Under the pieces are notes generated by a model. The model was given only the letters and a program-made list of their open reading frames with translations. It searched no databases and was not told where the DNA came from. Positions 29,470-40,900 of a stretch of DNA of 64,000 bases are shown one piece after another. Position 1 is the stretch's first letter. Every line of letters begins with the position of its first letter. The position numbers and the translations under genes are program-made. Where the stretch lies: the sequence record NC_022096.1; one strand, given 5' to 3'.

Positions 29470-31233
29470 ATGAAACTCGTTCCGTTGCGGCGCAAAGGAA
29501 TTCCGGCGCGCAGCGCAGTCGCAGGCTTTCGCGACGGCAAAGCGTACTACGGAGATTACGAGGTAACCCGCGTGGCTGAAAACAACTACGCAGCCCAACA
29601 AGATTTTCGCTGGCGAGTCCGCGACAATCTGCTGTTGGAGTCTGAGAGTTCCTCCTGCTTTCAGCGTATCGCTGGTCGTCCTGACATCATTGATTACGCA
29701 CCTATCGGCACCCTCCGTGGAGTGCGCAACATGCTGTTCACTTCGCAGCTTGGGGTTACCGCTGGAAAGAAGTTCTATTTCAGTAAGGGCTTTCTGGTAA
29801 GCGAGGACAACAAGATTCGACTGAACGCTGTCCATGTGTCTGGAAGCACTACCACGCAGTTCTCGGACCTGACGTATAACCATGGGGAGTTCCTGTTCGA
29901 GACAGTCGATTACTTCTGCATGCGGTTAATCAGAGGTCCACGCGAGTTCTCCAACAACGCAAACTCTACCTATCTTGTCATGGTGTCTAAGCGCCCGTTC
30001 GATTTGGCGAACGTGTACGTTGCAAGTGGCGTTGTGGATTTTGTCTACTTGGGTAAAAATCGCGCCACGTCTGCGGATGGTCGGCACACTCTGTTGATGT
30101 TGGCTTCAGGTCTTGCTACGGAATCCGGCAACGCTGTCCTACATTCAACAACGCTGACCAAAATCGCCGAAGCTACCGTGATCAGCTTGGAGAACGAGAA
30201 TGCCCCATCCGTCGCTGCCTCATGGAAGTACCTGATCACTGGACGTACTATCGGCGGTGGGCGCGTAGGTTCGACACTAGACTTGACCAAGTTTACACCG
30301 ACCTTCGTGCGAGACATGGTTGAGTACGACAACGATGGCTTCATCAAGCGGATTGCCTACGTTGGACACGTACCAGAGCTCGGTGCCGAGCAGTGGAACT
30401 ATACGGGATCGTCGCAGCCCGTGACTTTTCAAGAGACACTTGGCGTCAACCACTTAGAGTTCTCCACTCGAGGCGATGACTCCGCACCGTACATCACTGT
30501 GGCGTATCAGCCAATACCTCTGTCTGCTGCGATGTTGGCAGCGACACCGTCAATCATAGCTACCGACAGTACGCATCAGTTCGTGACGTTGGCGACATTA
30601 GCGGCTTGGAAGCACGGCTCTAAGTTTTACGTGGCTGCATACGGTTCTATGGGTATGGCAAAATACCTACGCCGCTACGCAGCACAGGCTCCAGTATATC
30701 CGCTGACTGTGTTCTCTTACGATGTGGATGCCGCGAACGTGCTGTCCAACAGACAAGTCCACGAGTTCCCGGTCGATGGTGGCGTACAAGCGCAATTGGG
30801 TACGTACCTGGTTTCGGCAGATGGTGGTTACGTTTGGTTCCCTAGCCACAGTAACGGTAGCGTTGTGTGTCTTGACGTAACTGGCGCAACCCCGCAACTG
30901 CACGCTGCCTCGATCGGAGGAACGTACTTCCAATTCATGGGAGTTCACGGCGATCAATTTATGGGCCTACAGGACAACGTGCCGTACATGATGCGCCCAA
31001 CCCCAGACGCGACGTTCACGATGACATTCGACAAGACGGAGTACCTAAGAGGAGAATCTGGTGTTCTGTCAGTTTCGGCATCCAGTGATTGCATCGTGAA
31101 GGTGCGTCTTTTCGGCTGCGTGACCCAGCAACGTGAAACGGAATTGGATGTTGTCTTGACCGCGGACACACCAGAACTCATAAGCGTGCTGGTGAACTCT
31201 GACCCGATCGCACAAATCATTGAAGTGGAGTGA
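29470..31233 (+). CDS. Paralog cassette protein 1 (587 aa, beta-rich, C-terminal Ig-like module)
   Basis: Start reassigned to ATG 29470; C-term MTFDKTEYLRGESGVLSV. Confidence 0.65.
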   Translation: MKLVPLRRKGIPARSAVAGFRDGKAYYGDYEVTRVAENNYAAQQDFRWRVRDNLLLESESSSCFQRIAGRPDIIDYAPIGTLRGVRNMLFTSQLGVTAGKKFYFSKGFLVSEDNKIRLNAVHVSGSTTTQFSDLTYNHGEFLFETVDYFCMRLIRGPREFSNNANSTYLVMVSKRPFDLANVYVASGVVDFVYLGKNRATSADGRHTLLMLASGLATESGNAVLHSTTLTKIAEATVISLENENAPSVAASWKYLITGRTIGGGRVGSTLDLTKFTPTFVRDMVEYDNDGFIKRIAYVGHVPELGAEQWNYTGSSQPVTFQETLGVNHLEFSTRGDDSAPYITVAYQPIPLSAAMLAATPSIIATDSTHQFVTLATLAAWKHGSKFYVAAYGSMGMAKYLRRYAAQAPVYPLTVFSYDVDAANVLSNRQVHEFPVDGGVQAQLGTYLVSADGGYVWFPSHSNGSVVCLDVTGATPQLHAASIGGTYFQFMGVHGDQFMGLQDNVPYMMRPTPDATFTMTFDKTEYLRGESGVLSVSASSDCIVKVRLFGCVTQQRETELDVVLTADTPELISVLVNSDPIAQIIEVE

Positions 31234-31237
31234 TCAA

Positions 31238-33121
31238 ATGCGCGTGGCTAAAATAGCAAGACGCCAAAAGAGCCCGGTGAGCCCACAGTTCGGCGAGCAC
31301 TTCGGGAAAATTTTCAGTGATGATCTGTACGAAGACGGACTACCCAGGCCGCGCTTCCCGTACATGCGCAATGCTCCAGCGCAAACCTGGGTGGGCATGG
31401 TCCCAAATCAAGTGGTGTCTACCCAGCAGTGCTCGTTCACGCCAGGCACTGGCCTTGGGACTATTGGTGTGTCTGTGGCAAGTCTTCCCCACATTAACGG
31501 ACACAACAGCGAGTGGTTCTGGTCAACCAAGGGCATCACTGCAGGGAACCGCTACCGTTCGTACAACGGACGTATGTACGATCAGAACGGGGAGATTTAC
31601 TTCTCCCCATACAACATCGGTCAGACGTTCTATGACGGTGATACCGTTGTTGCCGGTTGGGGACTGGAGATCGTATACGAGACTGCTCAGGTCTTCTTGA
31701 TCAAGTTGATTGCCCGTCCAAGCACGACCTCCTATCAGGGCGTTTTCGATGGTGGTGGTTACGGCACGTGCGCTCTTGCCATGCTGTTCAAGTCCAACAA
31801 GAGCGTGCAAAACGAACTGCTCGGAAACTTCGACATCCACTATCTTGGACGCACGCCAGATAGTGCCCTGGGCGCGAACGACGGAAAGACAACCTTTTTG
31901 GTGCAGTCGCATCTGTTGCGCTCACACTCGTATCAAACTGGCATAGTGGATGACTTGGGTACAAGCACAGGACACGGTGCAAAATTCCACTTGTTGCAGT
32001 TGGACGAGTCCGTGAATATCCAGTCGCACCCTGCTTGGAAGTTCTCGCTTCTGGCAAGAGTCGGCTCTGGCATTCAAGGTTTCATTGCACCAAAGCAGAA
32101 ATTGCTCATTGCCTTCGACAAGTCGACCTGCCGGTACGACGAAGACGACCGCATCGTCGGCTTTTCTTTCGCTGGTGCTGATACTGCTAAAGTTGCCGAA
32201 TCGTGGCCGTTGTTGTCAGCGGCTATGCAATTCGGATTGGACGACAATCTGTCCGTGTTCAACGTGGACTTTACCGGACCTTCGACCTTTGGTGTGGTAG
32301 CGTCTCCGAAGTTGCCTCTGCCTGCCCAGTGGCTTTCCGCCCAATGGTTGCTGAACAGTGGCACATCCAACAACTTCGTACTGTCGCTCGCTAATGGTAA
32401 GTCGTGGTCGTATGTCCATGACGGCCTGAAGTATCTGGCTGTATTCCTGAATGCTACTGGCTTCGATGAATATCGGTACAGCGACACGACCAGCTTTGCC
32501 AACGTGCGTACTCCGCCAGCACTGCCTCCTTTGCTCTTTCGTGCGCCGATCAACGACCAGGGAGTCGTGTCTGGACCGTGGAGTGTGACGGAGTATCCTG
32601 TGCATTTTGGCATTGGTTTGCGCGAACGTGCGATGCTGCTGACTGAATCCAGGAAGCGTCTGGTCATGGCTCACGAACAAGTGCGCTACGCCTTTCGCCA
32701 ACTGAACACGCCGACAGTCGATCCGCAAAACGTCATCGTTACGATTGACGCTGCGACAGGCGAGCATGAAATACACAGGCTGCCAGAGGGCGATCAGTTC
32801 GAGATCGGTATCGTGTCCTTCGGCGTCAGTGGCGAGGATGTTTACGTTCTCACCCGAGATTTCTGCCAATACGTGCTGCGTCCAAATGGCATCCTCCCGA
32901 CGCTGTCGCTGGACAAAGAGACATACCAGCGTGGAGATACCGCGACGCTGACCATCACCGTCCCGGAGTCGTGTCGTGTTAAGCTGGAGCTGTTCGGATG
33001 CAGGTACGAGGGTAACCGCAATATCGATGTCTTGGTCGCCGCAAGCGAGCAACTACAATTAGACGTGGTAGGCTGCGTTGAAGTGCATGTTACCTACTGC
33101 GAACCGGAGGTGCAAGAATGA
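31238..33121 (+). CDS. Paralog cassette protein 2 (627 aa)
   Basis: GGAG SD to ATG 31238; C-term LSLDKETYQRGDTATLTI. Confidence 0.65.
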   Translation: MRVAKIARRQKSPVSPQFGEHFGKIFSDDLYEDGLPRPRFPYMRNAPAQTWVGMVPNQVVSTQQCSFTPGTGLGTIGVSVASLPHINGHNSEWFWSTKGITAGNRYRSYNGRMYDQNGEIYFSPYNIGQTFYDGDTVVAGWGLEIVYETAQVFLIKLIARPSTTSYQGVFDGGGYGTCALAMLFKSNKSVQNELLGNFDIHYLGRTPDSALGANDGKTTFLVQSHLLRSHSYQTGIVDDLGTSTGHGAKFHLLQLDESVNIQSHPAWKFSLLARVGSGIQGFIAPKQKLLIAFDKSTCRYDEDDRIVGFSFAGADTAKVAESWPLLSAAMQFGLDDNLSVFNVDFTGPSTFGVVASPKLPLPAQWLSAQWLLNSGTSNNFVLSLANGKSWSYVHDGLKYLAVFLNATGFDEYRYSDTTSFANVRTPPALPPLLFRAPINDQGVVSGPWSVTEYPVHFGIGLRERAMLLTESRKRLVMAHEQVRYAFRQLNTPTVDPQNVIVTIDAATGEHEIHRLPEGDQFEIGIVSFGVSGEDVYVLTRDFCQYVLRPNGILPTLSLDKETYQRGDTATLTITVPESCRVKLELFGCRYEGNRNIDVLVAASEQLQLDVVGCVEVHVTYCEPEVQE

Positions 33122-34905
33122 AGATAGTCCAGATGCCCGAGGACTTGAATCGCAGGAGCGAATACTTCGGGCTATATCGTGGAGAGCTGTATTCTGGCGA
33201 CGTGGCCGTATCAGGTAATCCGGTTCCGAAAGCGTCTCGATATTACCCGTCGAAGTCAAAACAGTTTGATGCCATCAAGATGGTGTCTTCCGGCTCCGGG
33301 TACCCGCAAGGAATGTTTATCGACGTTCCGGGTTCTTTGATGGCGGTACAGGGGACGGCCAACTTTGTTGCTGTCGCAAACCCATCGCAGCTACGCGGCG
33401 CACAAAATCAACCGTTTGAGTCCAAGCTCGGCGCCACGGCTGGAAAGACTCTGTTCCAGCACGGCCACAACATCATCGTCAATCAGGACTACGAACAGGA
33501 ATTCAGTATTTCAGGCACTGCACTGAACACGGCAAACGCCAACTCCGAGGGAGTGTCCGCCTTCTTCACCAACGGTCGTATCGTAGGTGAGACGAATACG
33601 CACCTGTTCGTGCACCAATTCCGCTTCGAGGATGGCGGCAACGATGAGTCCGCATTCTACGCACTGCACAAGGTGACTGGTGTTTTGATCCGGGTGCTGC
33701 GCGGGCGCTTTGACCTAGAGTATCTCGGAGAGGATTCCAACTCCAATCCGCTGTTCTGGGTCAACGCACAGCAGCTAACTGATGCTCCTGCGAGCTTCTC
33801 TTTCGTAGGCACAGGAACGGGCGCCGGGTGCGCACAATACCTGATGCGCGGAGTTCCTACTCCAACAGGGGTGGGGAACTTCGTGCAGGTGTACGTCGAG
33901 CGCATGGGCAATGGCGTCGCAAGCGGTGCTTCTGGACGGACCAACTGCGTTACCTTGTGCTCGACTGACGCACCGATCGTCGAGTATGACGGCAACGGTA
34001 AAGTCGCGGCGTTCACCTTGCTCAATACAGACGACACTCGCCTTACGTGCGGCTCCAGCACCTTCCCGGGTTTGCGTGGCGGGTACTACGTCAACTGGTG
34101 TCGATATACGCTCAGTGCGGGCGTGCTGACTCGACAGATTCTCCAACGTATCGACATCACCGAATACGAAGGAGCCGTGTTCAACAACCAAGACCCGTCG
34201 TACGGCAAGTCCTCCTCGCTGATTCAGTGCGTCTACTTCGTTGAGGACAATCAGCTATGCGCAGTCTTTGGTAACGGAGGTGCCCTGACATATCTTCCTT
34301 CGGACAACAGATTTCAGGCCGCCATTCTACCTACGCTGTTACTGCGTGCGTCCGTAGGAGAGCAGAACCAGCTCGGTGAGTTAGAGTGGCAGCGACTCGA
34401 TCTAGCGGTGACGCCCAACTACGTCTTCAACTTCGGAATGCTGGACAAGAAAGCCAAGAAGCTGTGGCAGGTTAGTTCTATGTCCTTCCGCAGGGACTTT
34501 CTTGAAGTGCGTTGCCTGAGTTTGTCGGATGTCCTGTGCGCCGACTACGGATATGTCTCGGGCAAGTCTTTCGCCATGGGTGCTGTGGATGGACGCCTCC
34601 TAGCAGCCGTGCAAGTCGAAGGCAACATGGTCAGGAAGTATCAGTTCGTCTCCGAAGCGGTTGGAGCTAACGTCACTCTGGCTTTCAACCAAGCTGAGTA
34701 CCAAGTCGGAGATACTGCGACGCTTACCGTGAACTCAGACGTTGAGTTGCTGGTCACAGTGGAGCTCGACGGCGGTACGTTCTCGGATACCACAGACTCC
34801 AAAGAGTTTCAGGTGTTCGGCGAACTTCAACTGCCCGTGACGGTCAAAGCTGCGCTCTCCGCCTCCGTGTCCAACATTCGTTTGCCTGAAGAGGTGCCAG
34901 AATGA
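33118..34905 (+). CDS. Paralog cassette protein 3 (595 aa)
   Basis: ATGA overlap; C-term LAFNQAEYQVGDTATLTV. Confidence 0.65.
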   Translation: MKIVQMPEDLNRRSEYFGLYRGELYSGDVAVSGNPVPKASRYYPSKSKQFDAIKMVSSGSGYPQGMFIDVPGSLMAVQGTANFVAVANPSQLRGAQNQPFESKLGATAGKTLFQHGHNIIVNQDYEQEFSISGTALNTANANSEGVSAFFTNGRIVGETNTHLFVHQFRFEDGGNDESAFYALHKVTGVLIRVLRGRFDLEYLGEDSNSNPLFWVNAQQLTDAPASFSFVGTGTGAGCAQYLMRGVPTPTGVGNFVQVYVERMGNGVASGASGRTNCVTLCSTDAPIVEYDGNGKVAAFTLLNTDDTRLTCGSSTFPGLRGGYYVNWCRYTLSAGVLTRQILQRIDITEYEGAVFNNQDPSYGKSSSLIQCVYFVEDNQLCAVFGNGGALTYLPSDNRFQAAILPTLLLRASVGEQNQLGELEWQRLDLAVTPNYVFNFGMLDKKAKKLWQVSSMSFRRDFLEVRCLSLSDVLCADYGYVSGKSFAMGAVDGRLLAAVQVEGNMVRKYQFVSEAVGANVTLAFNQAEYQVGDTATLTVNSDVELLVTVELDGGTFSDTTDSKEFQVFGELQLPVTVKAALSASVSNIRLPEEVPE

Positions 34906-35297
34906 GCTTGACATCAATCTTTCGGCTCGCGCCTGTACGTGCAGCCGTCATAGGACCTAGCTTGTTGGGTGCCAAAACGGAGTACCGCAATCCTGGCATC
35001 AGCCTGCGCGTACTCGACGCCGACGCCGAAAAGGGTTCGTATGTCGGCGGTTTTCCTGCGGTAAAGTTGAGCTCCGTGCGTGATCGCTTTGCTATCTCCA
35101 TGGGGAGCGTCACGGCGCCCGTCGGGGAGAAGCAACATTCTGCGTTGGCTCCAATATACGCATCGGCATCCGCCCGCGTCACCGATCAGCCGAGTGTTCA
35201 AGAAGGGCTGATCACGCATGTTCGCGTAACTACGGCAAGCGCTCGCATTGCCGCACCTGCTCACTCCACAGTTTCTATCGAGGTCGAATATGCGTAA
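34902..35297 (+). CDS. Hypothetical protein
   Basis: ATGA overlap upstream and 8 nt overlap downstream. Confidence 0.5.
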   Translation: MSLTSIFRLAPVRAAVIGPSLLGAKTEYRNPGISLRVLDADAEKGSYVGGFPAVKLSSVRDRFAISMGSVTAPVGEKQHSALAPIYASASARVTDQPSVQEGLITHVRVTTASARIAAPAHSTVSIEVEYA

Positions 35298-37197
35298 GCT
35301 CCTTCCAAAGCCGATTAAAACCCTGCGCGACGGGTATGTCGTATTGTTCAACGGCAAAATGATCGCGGACAGCGAACTGTACACTGAGTCCGGACAAAAA
35401 CTCAGCGATGCCAACTATCCGATGCCGAAGCTGACTACCACAGGAACTGTCGTCATTAGCGAGCTGTCCTACAAGGAACCTTCCGGAGATTCTCGCAATT
35501 CGTATGTGCAGACCACGTTCGTTGCAGACAACGGGCGTGTGGCCGAAGCCTGTAAACAACTTAACGACACGGGTACGAACTGGCGCGAGTTTCTGAGCGG
35601 CGAGGATCGCCACTGTTTCTATGTCTTCGGCATGGACAGTCCATTTCCTGCTGTATACACTGATACCAAAGGCAGCCAAGCTGGACGTATTAACGCACGC
35701 CACCAATCTTGTGCCCTCGATGTAACGGCCGAGACAACTTCGCGCGTGCTTGAGCCAAATCAGGTCATCAACTACGGAACCTCGACCAGTGCGCAATCTC
35801 CAAGTACCCCAGGTGCGTCCTACCTTGGTATGAGTCGCATCTTAGATGAATCCGACACTCGGTACCTGAGTCTAGTGGTGCAATTGAACGGTACTATGTC
35901 GGCATACGGTTCCTCGACATATTGCCCGACGTTGCAGACAGTACGCAAGGATTACTCCGTGCGCGACGCTGGGTATAACGCGACTACGGCTCCGTGTATT
36001 CCACTGTGGCACGATACTACGGACAAAGTGTTCTTTGCTTGGGAATTGTCGAATAGCCCGACAGCGTACGGGTTGGCAGGTGCAATTATTCGACCAATCG
36101 CTCTCCACTATAGTTCCGACATGGTGGCGACTCGCGTACAAGCTGGCTACACCGTGACATTGGACAGCTTCGTTAGCTCAACCATATCTGGATTCACCTC
36201 CAACAAGCCGTGGCGCACGCTACCAATCATTCGCGCTCTCAAGAAGGCCGATGGTCTCCTGACCGCGTTCATTCCGAATGTTCAGGGTATTGCTGGAACT
36301 GTTCAGACAAACCTCGTGGGCAGTGTTTCTCTGGACCGTGTCGAGTATAACTACGTCACGAAGACCTTTGGTTCCCGTATCCAGATGAACGTCGTTGATC
36401 CAGATACTGGCTTGACGCCCACCTGGGGCGAGAACATGGTTGTCGTCCGCGACTCCAACTGGGCGAACGCGAAGATGAACACTGGGGATAACTACCCTGC
36501 GCACTTCCAGTTCTCCTTCATGCACGAGGTAGATAACGAGACCTACGTCGTCATCCTTGTGACGGGCAACGGCATTCCCAGCCGCAACCGCAACAACAAC
36601 AATTTCCAGTATCCGACGAATACCGTGCAGTACACGTTGCGCTTGGATAAGGCAGACAAGACGAAAGCCTATCTGGTTGCCCGTGAAAATCTGGATGGCT
36701 TCTTTGGCACGCAGCGTTCGCTCTACTCGTTCGCGGGTACTCAAGATCACAGCAGCCTGTATTGCATTTGCGACAATGACGTGGTGCGCCTCGTGTTCGA
36801 TCAGACGCAATTGAAGTACGTCCTGTCCGACACTGTGATCGACGTGGATGCTGTTAGCCTGCTGGTCAAGGACAACGGCGACGTGTGGTTGATGGATCAG
36901 ATGCAGCGCGTGTACCAGATGCGCCAAAGCAACGCTGATCTGGTGCGCCTGCGCTTCGGCCAGGTGAATGACCGCTTCGTCGAGGCTCCGTATGACGTCC
37001 AGCTATTCGTCAGTGCGGCTAATTTCATGGGAGAGCTTGGTGCTAAACCCATTGAGCTGGTAATCGACGGACCTGCCGTGTTCAAAGCGAACAACGGCAA
37101 GAAACTCAACATCACCACGTCCGCAGCAGATGAGCTGGCTTTGCTCATCACTGTCACCGGATACGGTGAGATTTACGTGACACCCAGAGGATTGTGA
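35290..37197 (+). CDS. Paralog cassette protein 4 (635 aa, more divergent)
   Basis: GAGG SD to ATG 35290; similar length and C-terminal Ig-like module. Confidence 0.6.
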   Translation: MRKLLPKPIKTLRDGYVVLFNGKMIADSELYTESGQKLSDANYPMPKLTTTGTVVISELSYKEPSGDSRNSYVQTTFVADNGRVAEACKQLNDTGTNWREFLSGEDRHCFYVFGMDSPFPAVYTDTKGSQAGRINARHQSCALDVTAETTSRVLEPNQVINYGTSTSAQSPSTPGASYLGMSRILDESDTRYLSLVVQLNGTMSAYGSSTYCPTLQTVRKDYSVRDAGYNATTAPCIPLWHDTTDKVFFAWELSNSPTAYGLAGAIIRPIALHYSSDMVATRVQAGYTVTLDSFVSSTISGFTSNKPWRTLPIIRALKKADGLLTAFIPNVQGIAGTVQTNLVGSVSLDRVEYNYVTKTFGSRIQMNVVDPDTGLTPTWGENMVVVRDSNWANAKMNTGDNYPAHFQFSFMHEVDNETYVVILVTGNGIPSRNRNNNNFQYPTNTVQYTLRLDKADKTKAYLVARENLDGFFGTQRSLYSFAGTQDHSSLYCICDNDVVRLVFDQTQLKYVLSDTVIDVDAVSLLVKDNGDVWLMDQMQRVYQMRQSNADLVRLRFGQVNDRFVEAPYDVQLFVSAANFMGELGAKPIELVIDGPAVFKANNGKKLNITTSAADELALLITVTGYGEIYVTPRGL

Positions 37198-37204
37198 TTC
37201 AAAG

Positions 37205-37220
37205 GGCACAAGGACGTGCC
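37205..37220 (+). promoter_or_regulatory. CsrA/RsmA-type ANGGAN hairpin, copy 1
   Basis: GGCAC-AAGGAC-GTGCC, 7 nt after TGA. Confidence 0.7.
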
Positions 37221-37238
37221 TACAACTGAGACCCAACC

Positions 37239-37910
37239 ATGTTCAAAATACCAAGCATTTCGCCTTGGCCAGGTGACCGACCGGTAGAAAGCGAGTACAC
37301 GATTCTCAACGCGCAGGAGGGCGTCAACGGCATCTACCGAGTCTCAGGACCTGACGGTGAGGAGTTTGATGCCTACTGCGACATGACAACCGACGGCGGC
37401 CATTGGATTCTCATTGCCAGATGGGCCGCGTCTCCGAACAAGACGATTACATGGGGACAGGTTATCGTCAAAGACGCCTCACTGAACACTACGACCAATA
37501 GCGCTACTCTGTACCCTGTGATCCCCACAGGTGTCCGCAACGTGGCCAAGGAAGTGTTGTTCAAAAGTGCGGCTTCTGGCTGGGTTAGCCGATACGGCCA
37601 GTGGTTGAAATTCACCACTACGGATGATCCTGCCCTTGTCATCACTTCGACTGGCATTGATGCAATGCGTGGTAGTGATCGTGCGATTGTGAAGATGCAC
37701 GGTGAGAGTGCAGGCTGGGGAGGGAACACGTCGATGACCAACAACTTCTCGCTCTGGACACAATGGGGTAACGGCGGCCCATGTGGTGGTGCCGGCGTCT
37801 GCGGTTCTCAGAAGATTTGCCCAGTAATTAGAGCCAACTACAACTACAGTTGCCATTTCGATTTCTCCTCCGTGAAGCAACTGTTTATCAGAAGTCGTAT
37901 TCCTGAATAA
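37239..37910 (+). CDS. Fibrinogen-related domain protein (putative lectin/adhesin)
   Basis: NGIYRVSGPDGEEFDAYCDMTTDGGHWILI matches the fibrinogen C-terminal/intelectin N-segment motif. Confidence 0.75.
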   Translation: MFKIPSISPWPGDRPVESEYTILNAQEGVNGIYRVSGPDGEEFDAYCDMTTDGGHWILIARWAASPNKTITWGQVIVKDASLNTTTNSATLYPVIPTGVRNVAKEVLFKSAASGWVSRYGQWLKFTTTDDPALVITSTGIDAMRGSDRAIVKMHGESAGWGGNTSMTNNFSLWTQWGNGGPCGGAGVCGSQKICPVIRANYNYSCHFDFSSVKQLFIRSRIPE

Positions 37911-37920
37911 AGAGGCAATC

Positions 37921-40900
37921 ATGCTTAGCCTGATTCCAAGACTAGCTCCATGGCCGCTAGTACGCGGAGACCTACGGAGTTATCCGACCCTACTAAGCAA
38001 GACTGCGTTTTCCGCAGTGCCGACAACTGGCCTGTCTGGCAGCATAGTCCAGCTAAGTCACTTGACGTACAAGCCCGAGACTGGCAAGCTATTCGTTCCA
38101 CTGCTGCACAGTGATCGGACTGGACGGCTGGCTGTTTATGACGTAGCCGGGAACTCGCTCACGCAAGCAGTGTCTTTTGCCGCAATGGGAGGCACAGGAG
38201 TGCTTCGTCCAGGCGCCCACCACACACTGAGCAGAACTGCCAGCGGGGCAGCATCCGGTAAAGTACCTGCAGTGGTCACATGGGGCACAACATCGACACC
38301 CTCTGGTATCGGTGTAGGTCTTTTCAACGAGACAGCCTCCGCCATCGAAGGGTTTACGACGTCCGCCGCGAGCATCGTCAGCAACCAGTCAAACTTGAAC
38401 TTGCAAGCGTCAATCATCATGAATGCCGCTGGTGACGTAGGGCTTGTGCAGTACATCGACGGACCAGACAGCACTCGCTATCTGAAATACAGGAAGGTCG
38501 TATACGATCAAGCCCAGGGCAAGCTAGTCGTCGGCACTGGCGCCCAAGAATTTGTAGGTCAGCAGCAGCCTGCAGTCGCCCGATACTACAAGGATTCCTT
38601 GTTTGTTGTGTGCGGGCTTGCCAGCTCAGGCAAAGCATTTGCGCAACTGCTCGATGTGTCTGGTGATGCTCCAGTACTGGTAGACTCCGCACCTGCGCTT
38701 AAGGCGAGTTCTCTAGCCTGGGGAAAAGCATCTATCGATGTCGTTGGGGACAATTTGGTCATCACGTATCTGGATGCAACTGGTGACCTTAACGCGGAGC
38801 TGTTCGCACTCTCCTCAACTTCCATTACGCGCAAGTCCACACAACCGCTGGGAGGCTTCACGACCTCCTCAGGTGTGCGCGATAGTATCGTTCTAGGTGA
38901 CACTGTATTCGCTCTGATCGTAACTGGCAACTCAGTAGACGTGGCGAAAACAACGATCGGTGCGCAAGGCGTAACGCGCTTCACCGTTGACCGTAACGTC
39001 ATGACGTTGGATGCCACGTATACGCAGGCGTACATGGCAAAGATCAGCGACACTCGATTGCTGTTCGTCAAAGCTGGCACCACCGGGGCGATGCAATACC
39101 AGTTTGTCGATTACGTGTGGCGTGTCGATCTGACTCCGTCCAAGGTGCTGGCCCAGTATCGGTTCTACGACGGTGAAGCCATCAACGAAGTCGGCGAACG
39201 CTTCGCTCTGCTGGGCTCTGGCGCTACAGTCGGCAATGGCCGCCTAAACACCACAACCAACACGACTTCGCGCATCGAGCAAGACCAGGTCTATTTCGGG
39301 CCTGACGATGATCTGACGATAGAGGCGATTGTAAAAGCAACGTCTTCCGGCAGTAACGGGTACTCTCCGATCTGCCAGTGGAACGTAGGCGGCTCCAACA
39401 ATAACTCCTGGGCCATGTCTGTCGTTAGCGGGCTCCTTCGCTTCTCGTGGTCTTCCAGTGGGTCTGCATCATCAACATACCTAACGTCAAACACGCCCGT
39501 CCCAACTGGCATCGAAACACACGTCGCGGTTGTTCGGAAAAACGGCGTGTTCCGACTGTACGTGGCTGGGCAGCAGCAAAACGAAACTTCGGTCGACGCT
39601 ACCGCTAACGCATTGAACACCAGACCAGTGTCCACGAGCTGGTCAGACACGACCGGTTGGTTGAACGGGTCACGAGGCAACATTCGGATCAGCCGCGAAG
39701 CGCTGTATGACGGAGATTTCCAACCTCCGACAGAACTGCCGACGATCACTCGTCCGACATACAGCGAACAAGATCAGGCTGCGTGTGTTTTCCAATTGGA
39801 TTTGCGCCGCGACAATCTGTTGGACGAGGTTACGGACAACCAAGTCACGTTCGTCAACGGTACCGCCCTGACGAATGGACGCATCGTCACGGTAAACAAT
39901 ACGACTTCGCAGTACACCTGCCAGAGCAAGAAGTTCGGTGAGGGTGATTTCACGGCTGAGCTGATGATCAACCTGCAAGCTGTCAGCGCAACGTACGGTG
40001 CTGTGATCATGGGCAACTGGCGTGCAGGCGGTGTAGCCAGTGACGAGAACCGTTGGTGCATCATCCTGGACAGTAATCGCAACATTGGCTTCAACATGGC
40101 CAGATCGGCCGACGCCAACGACTTCGCTTGGATGATGTCCTCGACGCCTGTTCCATTGAACGTGGACTGCCACATTGTAGCGGAGCGCGTAAATGGAGTC
40201 GTGACTCTCTACCTGAACGGCAGCCAGGTGGCGCAATCCAACGAGACTGATTTCAACTTCCCAATCCGCGGAGGTGAAGCCGGTTGGAAGGTGCACAGTA
40301 TCAGTTCTCAGGTTGCGTACACCGTGGGAATGCGCTGCTGGAATCTGCGCATCATGGACAAAGCCTACTACAATGGCGATGTCAAGCGCGAGAATGAATT
40401 CCCAGCGCTGTCTGTGAAAGAGTACGTCATAGTCAACGGCGCCTATCTGCACCCGGACTTCTCCCTGCAGGGTGGCGCTACTCAAACGGAAGTTGGCGTT
40501 GATATGACCGCTGGCAAATACATCTTGGGTACAGGATCGCCCAAGTATGTGTTCTACCGAGGCGATTTCACAGTCGAAGCAACGGTCACACCACGTAGCT
40601 TGGTCTACGGTACTGGTGCAGGTTCCGGTTCTGCTATAGTCCCTCTGTGGGCGTGCCATACCTGGGCTGCTCCTGGGCAGCCAGTGAACTGGGAACTATT
40701 CTTGAACTTAGGAACGAACCAGATTGCGTTCGGCACTTCCCATTCTGACTCTACGCTCAGTCGAACAATGCCTTACACATTCACTCTTGGCCAGCGCATA
40801 AACTTCAAGGTGGTGCGCCGCCGCAGTCAGATGTATGCCTTTGTGGACGACACGCTCGTAGGTGTGACCGACATGCCCTACAACATCGGATATGACATAA

